A stretch of 64,000 bases of DNA from assembly GCA_010093995.1 (NCBI GenBank), contig ML992501.1, forward strand, positions 2,747,194-2,811,193. The letters run 5' to 3'. This DNA comes from Elsinoe ampelina (lineage: Eukaryota). Each line of letters begins with the position of its first letter. Within the stretch, counting starts at the first letter, position 1. The notes under the pieces are model-generated. The model was not told the origin of the DNA. It was given only the letters and a program-made list of their open reading frames with translations, and searched no databases. The position numbers were made by a program, and so were the translations under genes. Of the stretch, positions 22,867 to 33,935 are shown piece by piece.

Positions 22867-23877
22867 ATGCAAGCTCCCCTCCCACTGACGGACCCCCTTG
22901 AGCTTCCCCCGGACAAGCCAATCAGAGACCTCTGGATCGAGTGCTGGGAAAACAATCGGCCTGCTGGGAAATTCCTCGCCTCTGCGGCAATCATCGCCTC
23001 CAGCTCCGAAGTCCTGGCCCAGCTGATCCAAGACTGTAGACGCTCCGAAGACGGTCACCAACTGATCAGACTGACAGCACCGTACAGTGCACTCGACCTG
23101 CTCTTGATAGCTCTGCAGGATGACCCATCGACGATCCATCGTGACTTCACCTCGCAGCAGCTCATCCAGACCGCCCTCCTTGGCCGAGAGCTGAAGTGCG
23201 ACGAGTACTTGGACCGAGCTCTGCAGAACTGGTCATACCATGCACTTGTCCGAGAACCAACCCCGAGGGTATTCAGTCTCGCGGCCATGGTAGTCATGGC
23301 GTACATCCTCGGTGACGAGACGTGGTTTACCAAGGCGACCAAGTTTGTTCTATTGAACTACACTGGCAACTTCCGAGTGCTATTCGAGGAGCAGTGGAGG
23401 AGTGTCTTGCCACCATGGGTATCCGGTATGTCCAGTCGACGCGGCCAAGGTGACCGCAGCTGACGAGTCGCAGAAGAGCTAGAAGTCCGACGAGCAGACA
23501 TCCGCACCACCCTCCGAACCGGCCTCATGGAAGCTCGAAGAGACACGTGGCTTGTCGAGGGCACACCCAGTCTCGTCCGTGGCCTGAACATGATGCTCAC
23601 CGACGACGGCTACTATGGCGGCACCCAAGCTCTCTCGCAGAGCATCAGCACCATCATCCGCTTCCGGACGTTGTCCAGGATGGAACTGATGTTGCAAGGC
23701 TATGACACGCCAAGAGAATCAGCTCTGCCGGTGTACCTCCGCAAGATCAACAAAGTGGTCGACCAAGTGGAGGCGATGCCTCAGGGGCTGGATTTGGAGC
23801 GGGATGCTGGATGGCGGAGGTCGAGGGCTGCGACGGGAGATGGGTCGGATTTGATAGACGTGGGCGGGGATGTGTGA
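22867..23877 (+). CDS. Highly diverged BTB-like protein 8; exons 22867-23425, 23474-23877 (~320 aa)
   Basis: RDLWI..KFLASAAIIASSSEVL..ALDLLL..ELKC..MAYILG..F.KATKF; intron 23426-23473 GTATGT..CTGAC..CAG at the same position and phase as the paralogs; ends GLDL. Confidence 0.7.
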
Positions 23878-24109
23878 TTGAGTCATGCAAAAGCAGTGTC
23901 AGATCCAGTTATTGGTTGAGTGTTTTCATTTGTGGTGGATTTTGGCTTCTGTCATGGATATACAGCTGTTTCGGATTCAAGCCGGCCACCCCAGCCTTGG
24001 CGACCGGATTTGCGACTGCACCACCAAAAATTAGCTGCTGAATAGGCGGTGAAGGTCATAGATTGATAGAGCTTAAATAACTCGTCGCTGCCGTGAATTT
24101 GTACATGAA

Positions 24110-25588
24110 GCTAAAGAACTACGTACTATAATTAGTTAATTATCTCTATATCTACTAATTTAAGCTTTACGTAAAGGTATACTCTATAGCGCGCCTTACT
24201 AATAACTACTTTAAGACCCCTTAGCCTCGAGGCTACTCTAGTATAACTCTTCGACTTAGTATAAGGAGGCTAGTAATACTATTACCTTCTTCTTTAAGAA
24301 GCTATTTATACCTCTTTATTAACCCTAACTACTTATAAGCCTTATCTATAGCTAGTACTATTAACTATCCTTATATATCTTATAATATAAATAGCCTCTC
24401 TAATCTTGCTAGTTAAGCTATATAATTGCTTAACTATAACGCTATATACTCTAGCTAGTGTATAACTACTTTACTAATACTAAGCAAGTTAAGAGTATAC
24501 TAGTTAGTAGAGGTAGAGAAGGTTACTTCTACTTTAGTATAGGTAGAGGTAGTACCTTTAGTAGTAGATATTAAGTAGCGTAAGATAGAAGTATAATTAG
24601 GCATTACTATTAGTAAGAGTAAGTACTATAATAGGAAGGTATATAAAGAGCTAGCTAAATTATTATATAGTTAATTACTTATATAGGCTAAGCTTAAGGC
24701 TAAAGAGATAGTAGAGTACTCTCTAAAGCTAGAGGATATAAACTTAGTAGCCTTATATACAAAATTAAGAAAGAACTAGAGCTATAAGCTTATAGTAGAT
24801 AAGTAATTAAATATTAATAAGCTAGTACTTAATCTAGAGCGCTAGTTAGAAGAAGGCTATAATAAGCTTAATATAGATTTATAGTATACCTTCTTAAAGC
24901 TAGAGTAGCTAATAACTCTATTAGTAACTTTATAAGTACCTCCTTAGCCTCTACTAGCTTTATAAAGTATAAGGCTAAGGCTTACTATACTAGTAAGCCT
25001 TCCTCTATAGCTAGAGACAATATCTACTATATCTACCTTTGTACTAAGAGGTAAGGTTAAAGAGCTTAATATTAGCTAGAGTAGTTAGTAGAGTATAACT
25101 ATAAGCTAGTAGTTAAATTTGTTATCTATAATAAGTAATTAAGAGTCTTCTTTTAAGTACTAGTAGTACGTTAGTAACTAGTGCTCTAACTATAAGTGTC
25201 TTTACTAGGTTAATAGGCATAAAGAGTACTATCTAATTAATAGTCTAATCTAGCTTATATAGATAGCTATAGCTTAAGCTAGTAAGTGTACTATATTAGA
25301 CCCTTCGACTTATAGCTCTCTAGTGCTTAAATTAAGCAAATTAAAGACTAATAGGACTATTACTAAGAAGAAGTAGCCTTACCTCTCTCTACTTAGTAGT
25401 AGTAGTAGAGTACTATTAACCTTACTAGTAACTATATAGGTATATAATATAAATATATAGAGTGTACTATCTCCTCTTTAGCCTTACACTAGTGTAGTAA
25501 CTACTCCTTTATCTTTACTAATGTACTTATAATTTAACGCTACTAAAGTGTTATTTAACTTTTTTAAGTATCTAAAGTAGAAGCTAGC
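24110..25588. mobile_element. Unclassified RIP-degenerate repeat hosting the Gypsy A insertions (probably continues at 44424-44988 and 51257-51620)
   Basis: RIP composition and no match to other elements in the window; linked to the other segments by TSDs. Confidence 0.45.
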
Positions 25589-25791
25589 TAATTACGACTA
25601 GTAAGATAAGAAGTTAATTACGTTTATTTATTAAGATATTAAGACTTAGAAGAAGAAGAAGAAAGCTAGTATATAAAGTATATATAATATTAAGAGCAAA
25701 GTAGCTAGAAGCCTAAGCTACGATACTAAGATTACGTAACTAATCTAAACTAGATCCTAACTAAATCTAGTTTGTAATCTATCTTATATTA
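25589..25791 (-). repeat. 3' LTR of Gypsy A1
   Basis: 203 bp, TAATA..TAATTA (RIP-altered TG..CA), preceded on - strand by PPT AAGAGGGGAAGTAG. Confidence 0.92.
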
Positions 25792-26370
25792 CTACTTCCC
25801 CTCTTAAACGCGTTTACTCTTAAACGCTATTATATATTATCTATTAATCTATCTCGGCCTTAACTTATTTATATAAGAGTCTAGATAGTTACGTAGCATG
25901 TTAGCTACTTCTTTAAGATTGTTAATTAGCTACTAGGTAAGATTCTTTAGATAGCCTTTCTAGCTTATATAAGTAACTAGCTTCCCTTATAGTATACGTA
26001 TATTAATTATATTATCTACCTCGTATTTCTCTTTACTATTAACTTCTACCGAAGGTAGTTTATTAAAGGCTTAGCCTAGTAGAGAGTTATTTAGGTACTT
26101 AGTAAGAAGGTTAGTATAGAATACTAAGTAGATCCTTTATAGCGTAGCTAGTAGATTAAGCTTATATACTAGCGGTAATTATTTCTTAAGGATCTTATAG
26201 AGACTAATATGCTTTAGTAGTAGCTTTAGATTACTCTATAGCTAGAGGTTCTTTGTCGATAGCTAAACTAAATCGCCTACCTTAAACTCTATTAGCTAGT
26301 AGTACTTATTAGCTTATTCTACTATCTATAACTAGGTAATAGCGAGGTTAGCCTTAGTAATAGCTAGTGC

Positions 26371-26685
26371 NNNNNNNNNNNNNNNNNNNNNNNNNNNNNN
26401 NNNNNNNNNNNNNNNNNNNNNNNNNNNNNNNNNNNNNNNNNNNNNNNNNNNNNNNNNNNNNNNNNNNNNNNNNNNNNNNNNNNNNNNNNNNNNNNNNNNN
26501 NNNNNNNNNNNNNNNNNNNNNNNNNNNNNNNNNNNNNNNNNNNNNNNNNNNNNNNNNNNNNNNNNNNNNNNNNNNNNNNNNNNNNNNNNNNNNNNNNNNN
26601 NNNNNNNNNNNNNNNNNNNNNNNNNNNNNNNNNNNNNNNNNNNNNNNNNNNNNNNNNNNNNNNNNNNNNNNNNNNNNNNNNNNNN
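26371..26685. other. Assembly gap (315 N) within the A1 integrase region
   Basis: Run of N. Confidence 1.
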
Positions 26686-28809
26686 ACGTAGAAGAATAAT
26701 AGCTTAGTAGTCTTAAACGCTAAAGTACTACCTTCTCTAGAGAAGTATAGGATTAAGTACTGTTCCTTAGATAGGTAGTCGACGACATAGAGTACTACGT
26801 TATAGCTATCTACTAGAGGTAGACTAGTAATAAAGTCTATAGTAATATATTACTATAGTCTTACCGGAATAGGCAATAGTAATAGAAGGCTAGCTAGTAA
26901 GCTATAGCGAGCCTTTAAGCGCTTATAGTTATAATAGTTAGCGACGAACCTCTTAATATTACTTTTATCTAGGGATATAGAAAGTAGACTTAATTATAGT
27001 AGCTATTTTAGTAGCTCCTTTATATATATAATTCTTTAATATATAGACTTCTTAAATAACCTTTACGGCTATAGAGAAAGGCACTATTAACTAGCTAGTA
27101 GTATATAGTATTTCTTTCTTAATTATAACATTAGTTAACGGCAACTATTTCCTCTTTAGAAAGGCTTCTATTATATAGTAGATGCCTTAAGCTAACTCGA
27201 ACTTAGTGTCTTATAAGTTAGCCTTAGCTACCTTATTAAAAAGGGGTAAAGGCTCTTCTATAGTCGAAATAGGTGCTATATAGATGCCTAGTTCGATAGC
27301 TAAAATAGGCACTAATATAGAGGGCGAAATAGGAGGTAAACTAGGAGGTAAAATAGGTAATAAACTAGATAGCGAACTAGTTCGCGAACTAGATACTAAA
27401 CTAGATCTTAGTTCGGCTTAGATTAGTAATTTAGTTCGGATACGACCTAGATTTAGTTCGTCGATAATGTACTAATCTAGTACCTTATATAGTAGTAGTG
27501 TCTAGTATAGATTAGAGTTTTCTTTTAAACGTAGTATATCTCTATTCCTTCTTATAAGTGCGTCGGCCTTACTATTAGTAGCGCTAGGCCTATATATAAT
27601 CTTAAAGTTAAACTACACAAGGTAGAGAGCCTAGCACACTTAGTAGCGTAATAGCTTCTAAGTCTTTATAAAGTGTATTAAGGATTAGTAGTTAGTAAGA
27701 ACGTAGATAGCCTTATTAGATTAAGTACTTATAAGCTTAGAGGCCTACTCCTTAAAGGCTTAGACGATAGCTAGTAGTTCCTTATTATAGATAGTATAGT
27801 TATATTTAGCTTTATTTATAGATTTACTAAAAAAGGTAATAGGCTAAAGAATATTAAACTTATTATATTACGATAGAATTCTAGCGGTAGTAGTATCGGA
27901 GGTGTCTATCTTAAGGACTATCTATTTTGAGTAATTAAAGTATATAAGAGTAGGCGCGCTTATAATAGTATACTTTATATAATTAAATATAGTAGTATAC
28001 TTATTGTTCTATAGTATAGCGTCCTTCTTAAGTAGATTATTTAGTAGCTTAGCGATAGTACTAAATCCCTTAATAAAGTAGTAATAGTAGCTATAGAAAC
28101 TAATAAAGCTTCTTACCTAAGTAGTATTACTAGAGGCTAGCTATTTCTACGCCTATATAGCTTCTACCTTCTTAGGATCTATCTTAACTCTATCTCGGCT
28201 AATAATAATACTAAGATACTTTACTTCTATTAGGTAGAACTTACTCTTTTTAATATTAGTATTTAGGTCTAATTTATAGAGCTACTAGAGTACTAGCTTA
28301 ATATACTTAGTATACTCTCTATAAGTGCTATTAGTATAAATAAGAATATTATTAAGATAGATTAATATAAAGTACTCTAGTATATTAATAAAGTTATAAT
28401 TTATAAATCTCTACTATACTATAGAGGCATTAGTAAAACTAAATAGCATTACTAACTACTTAAAGTTACTTATATATATAAAGAACATAGTAAGATCTTT
28501 ACTAGAGTAGTCGTAGAGTTAGGAATAACCTACCTAGGGTAGAGTTAGGTAGACTCTACTTAGCACGCTAGGTAGGGTAGAGTTAGGGTATATTAGCGTA
28601 GGGTAGAGTTAGGGGTAGGTAGTAACTTATTAGGAAGCCTCTTAACTCTACCTACTACTAACCTACCTCTATAATTGTTAGGTCTTATATAAGCAGCTAT
28701 TACTTAGCCTAAATTTTGCTATTATATATATAATTTGTAATTTATTTAGAATAGAAATAGCACTAATTATAGTCTCTAATTATAGTATTCTATACATTTA
28801 ATTGTTGTA

Positions 28810-31468
28810 TTTTAATGTTATTCTATATCCTCCTAGATAATCTTATACGCTTTACTAGAGGCTTATAGTTGTTATTGTTACTATCTTCCTTATAGTTGCT
28901 TATATTAAATATACTTTCTTAAGTAGGTAAGTTAAATAAGTTATCTACCTCGTCTAGTGCCTTATCTATATAGCTACTATCGATAGGATTACTACTTAAT
29001 AGAGATAGTCTAGTTATAAGCTTTATAATTACAAGCCGCTAGATTATTTATATAGAGAGTTAGTGTCTTCGATTACTAATAATATTCTTTGCTATATTAA
29101 ACATGCGTTCGATACTAACGCTAGCGATTAGTATAGTAAGAACATCTCGAGCAACTTTAGTAAGCTATAGGAAGTCTTTCTCGTTGTTCTTCTACTAATT
29201 AAGCACTTTAAATCCTAGTATACTCCGGACTAGAGGGATATTAAGGTAGTCCTTACCCTCTTAATAAGTAGTTTAAGAACTCTCCTATTAATCCTAGATT
29301 GCTAAGCTAACGTTAGACTAGAAGCTAAAGCTTATCTAGGGAGAGGTAAGCTATATAGATAACCGAGGTTGACGGAACTAATTATCTTTGTCTTTAAGTA
29401 GAGTTATAATACTTAGGGTCTTAGGTAGACTATCTAGGGAAGGTAGTTTACTATTATAGCAACTAAGGTAGTTAAGAAATTACTTACAATACTTAGCCTT
29501 ATTAGATTTCTCCTAGGTGTTGTTCTATGATATAATTAGCTTACTATAAGAATATATTTATAAGCTACAAACCTTATAGGGGGTTAGCTTTTATATAGAG
29601 TCTAAGACTATACTACAATTAAAGAGGTACTCTCTCTCGTTATTAGTACAATTATAGTACTTTAATAATTTATCTCGACTATACTCCGCTACAAGTCTAA
29701 CTACTTTAGGCTAAGGCTTATTATTATTCCTCTCCTTGTCTATAGCGCTATCCTCTATCTTATCGAGGAAGTTAAATAGACAATTATACATTAACTAGAT
29801 ATATGTAATTAGTAGGCGGCTAATAGTACTTAACTAAGTAGTTACTACCTTAAAGTTCTTAAGCATCTTTGTTACTAGCTTAAGGTGTAACTACTCTATA
29901 CTATTAAGCTAAAGACGTTTAAGATCCCTATAATCCGGATTACTAGTATTAGTACTAACTAAGTCAGGTCCTATACTAGTAGAACTCTTTATTATAATCT
30001 CCTATTTAAGCTATTTGTCGATAAATAGTCTAAGCTTAAGACTACGCTTGTATATATTAAAGGTTAAGTTCTACTACGTCTTAATGTCTTAAATAATAGC
30101 CTTACGCTCTCGAGGTATTATAGCTTATTAAAGGGTTATAAACCTCTTAAAGCGTTAAGGTAATTAATTAATAGTAATATAGGTTATATAGAGCTAGAAA
30201 TTAATTAGACTATAATTAAAAACTATAATTAAAATACTAACCTTACGAAGTAAGTTTAGCACTAAAAGTTTAGTAGAGATCTTTCTTAAGTACTGCCTTT
30301 TAAGCCTAGTAGCTTGTTTATTCTCCTTAGTAGTCTTAAGGTTAAGGTGCTTAATAATGTTCTATATAACAAGATTAATAATATGTGTAAGGCACGGAAT
30401 AGTGTTTTCTTATGCACTCTATGTAATACCTACCTGCCTAAGAAGCCTTTATACTATCTTACGTAATGTACGGTTGTTACTTGCATTGTTAGCGGTAATA
30501 GCGAGGAGTCTATCCTAGAGATTATAGTGCCGGAGTGTCCGTACAAGTTTAGTAGCTATATTATAGCCTATGTATTAACCTCGAAGTAGTACTATATCTA
30601 ACAATTGTTCCTAGAGCTACTATTAGTTATTAATATAATAAGCTTTAATTATAATAAAGCCTAAATGATTGTTTATAGACTAGCTATTAAGGGCAATTAA
30701 GACCTTTATTGTCTTATTAAGATCTTATAATAACGTTTAATAGAGGTTTTTAAATTCGTTATTAAAGAGAGTAGCGAAGTAAGTGTAGCTTAGTATAAAT
30801 ACTCCTAGGTGTAGGAACTATATAAACCGTTAGAAGGATAGTTACTCGATAGTACGAAATGACTAATTATAGTCTACTACTATTCGAACAAGCTCTAAGT
30901 AGAATTAAGTAATTAAATACAAGAGAACATTTTTCTAATTAATTACTAGACAACTTCGAAGCTATATAAGTGCTTAGTCTACTAGATTATAGGCCAATTT
31001 CGTAACCTTAGTATAGGTCTTTATATCCCTATAATTGCTTATTATATTTATACCTTACTTTAATAGTAATAGGTAAGTAAGTGTATTACTACACTATAAG
31101 TAGTAAACAAATAGACGTCTATTAGATACCTATATAGCTTCTCTAAAGTATGCCTATACTAATCTAGTTCTTAGTGTTAAGTTCTAGTTTAGTAGGCTAT
31201 ACTCCTTAGAGAAGCTATAGCAAGATACCTATAGTATTAAGTTCTACTACTATAGAAAGCTTTAAAGATCTACTTATTCCTTAGCAAATATCAAAGAATT
31301 AAGCATTAGACACTTAATAAGGTACTATAGTATAGGCTAACTACCTCTATTACGTTGTTATATAGTAAAGTAATAACTAGCTAGATCTTAGGGGACGGGG
31401 ACTACTATAATTAGTAGAGTTAATAGAAGACGTAATTATAGATTAATTAGATTATCGAAATCCGCTAT
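28810..31468 (-). pseudogene. hAT transposase of element C (boundaries approximate)
   Basis: RIP-altered IAL(D)S(W)S ~30690, LAITA(D)NASNN ~30490, IPCLTHIINL ~30390, and dimerisation domain FP.L.KVARDVL.I.IASVSIERMFN ~29100-29200. Confidence 0.88.
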
Positions 31469-31799
31469 AGTAGAGTATAGAGGTTATATAACTTGTATTA
31501 TTAAACAGAAGTAGTATAGGTATTTATAATAATGCTACAATTTTTTAGCTAAACAAATTTAAAATGTTTAGATAAGTAATATATTTAAGTTTAGACTATT
31601 AGAAAGTCTTCTCTATAATTACTTTACGTAAGGTATTTAAAAACGCGCTAGTAGCCCCTAAGTAATTATAAACATTAATCACTAATATCGAGGAAGGATT
31701 AAGGTATTATTATATTATATTATTATAGTAAAGAAATTCGTTACTCTACCTATACTATTTCTCTAGTATAAGCTACTACCTAAAACTCTAATCCTTAAC

Positions 31800-32325
31800 T
31801 AACTACTAACTATAAACTTCTAATAGTAGCGCTTAGCAAGGCTAGAGTCCTTATAATTAATAGTAATATACTTAGCATAGATAGCGTTAAGGTTTATATC
31901 TATAAATAAGTATTAATCGAGGTTTTAACATATATTAAATAGACATATACCTTCTATGTATCTAACAATAAATACCTCTACTAATTCTTAGAGAGCTCTA
32001 AGTACATTAGCTATCTAGCGATTAACCTTAAGAGTAAGCTATATATCTTAGGATATCTTATAGATAAGGCAAGAAAAGGGAAGTTTATAGAATAACAATT
32101 AGACATTCTTCTAGTAGTAACAAATCTCGTAGAGAGTAATAGCTACCTTCTATTAGTTCTACTCTATAATTAGAAACTGTAATAAATACTACCGGGCTTA
32201 AATCTCTACTTCTTTCTAGGCTTAGCCTAGGATTATAGTGTCTTCTTTATAGTAGGTTACTTCCCTTTATAACTTCTTTCTCTAGAACTAGTAGTAGCTT
32301 AAGGATAACCTTTTTTACGTACTAT
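31800..32325 (-). pseudogene. Histone H3-like gene, copy C (RIP-mutated); introns 32189-32143 and 31950-31900
   Basis: Literal RFKPG|T, EI..Y*K, KLPFS.LI, AL*E..E.FIV.Y.E|D.NLNAI.AK..TI..KD..LAKR; reversing C>T/G>A gives [54 protein letters not shown]. Confidence 0.88.
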
Positions 32326-32666
32326 AGTAAAGTAAGAGGTTGTTTATATATAGCTAAGAAGTTAAAGTTTATATATAAAATTTTAGTATATATAAAATAG
32401 TAAAAAGAAGAGGCTAGAGTAAGGAATATAAAACCTATTATTAGATACGCTATTTACTATTAATAATAGAGAATAATAGGATAATAGTAAATAACTTATA
32501 TAACAATAGCTTTCTTATTCCTTACCCTAGCTTCCTCTTTTATTATTTTATACATTTATAAATTATAAATTTCTAACTTTAACTTTCCCTTTATACCTTT
32601 ACCCCTTTTACTTACCTTATGTATAATTCATATACTACAAATACTCTTTTTATTACCTTTAATTAA

Positions 32667-33935
32667 ATATCTATACCTATAAAAGACATTAAGATAGAGT
32701 AGAAAGAGTAGGTAGTAATTAAGTAGGAAGAAGATAGTAGAGAGAATATTCTAAGGGAATTATTAGGGGTATTAATTATAGTTTCTTATTATATATAGTT
32801 ACTAACAATACTAGGGATTTAATTCTAAGTAGTAGAAAATTAAACACTAAATCTCTTAGCATAGCGCTAGTTAATCTAGAAAGGGCTATAAGACTAGATT
32901 TGTCGCTAGACACTCTAGACCTCTAAGTTAAAGCGCTTATACTATTAAGTAAAGAGATTATACTTCTTAGCGCACATATAAGAAGTAAGCCCTCTATACT
33001 ACTTAAGTAGTAGATCGTAAAGCTATTAGTACTTTATGTAACAAGATTAAGAGAGAGAATAGGTAGGATTAGCTCTCTACTAAAGAGTAGAATATTAGAA
33101 TTCATAATACTATCGAAGATATAGAGGAGAAACGCTTTAATAAATAGAGGAGCGGTAAGTCTATTATTATAGTATACTATTATAGTAGTACTAATCGTTA
33201 TAGGCGAGTAGCTTAAATTTATATTTATATAGACCTATAAGAAATAGACTAGCATTAGAAAGACTCTATAAAAGCAAGAGTATAATAAGATTATTAAGCA
33301 TATCTAAGATAATATAGCAGTAAATTAGTAAGGCAAACAACAGCTAATATAAGCCTATATATATATCTATAGTACTAGTAGTATTATTAAGAAGCTATAG
33401 TGCAAAATTTACTAGGATAGCTATATAAGCCTTGTTACTAACGACACTAATAATAAGTAGGCATATAAGATTTTTTTTAAGTAGCTTAAAGAGCTCCCTT
33501 CTATAGAATTAGTAGTGTTATAGGATCCTAACTAGTAGTAAGTTTATTATAGTCTTTAATTATAGTATATTCTAACAATTGTATAGGCTAGTTGTTCCTC
33601 TACCTCCTAAGTATAAATACATCTCCGAGCTTAAACTCTATAGTACTAGGCTATACTATAAAGGAGATAATAATAATAAGTGTAAGGAGAAAATTAAGAA
33701 GAATAAGAATAAGATCGAAAGGATGTTAGATAAGGAAGCTAGTAATAACGAGGATTATTATCTAGGTATTAAAGTTAAAGATAAGTCGGATAGTAAGGAT
33801 AAGAATAATAAGGTTATAGAGCACTCCGAGCTTAAGACTAATAGTAATAACAATAATAAGGATAAGAATAAGAATAACAATATAAAGGATAAGAATGCTA
33901 CTAAGGTTAAGGATAAGGAGATATCTAATGCCTAG
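32667..33935 (+). pseudogene. Unknown cargo gene X, copy C, with acidic (RIP-reversed D/E-rich) C-terminal tail; start approximate
   Basis: Intron-containing; homologous to 37399-38719; ORF 33579..33935 is its N/K/D-rich last exon. Confidence 0.72.

Noticed and set aside
26367..26699. 110-aa ORF
   Set aside because: Artefact of the N gap
28520..28680. TTAGGG-like repeats suggesting a telomere or CRISPR-like array
   Set aside because: Irregular subterminal repeats of hAT-C, mirrored at its other end; not tandem telomere units and no repeat-spacer structure
33579..33935. Stand-alone N/K-rich protein
   Set aside because: It is the RIP-converted acidic last exon of gene X, not an independent gene
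32667..33935. Gene X as histone H4 (canonical H3-H4 pair)
   Set aside because: Too long, and no H4 motifs are recoverable after RIP reversal
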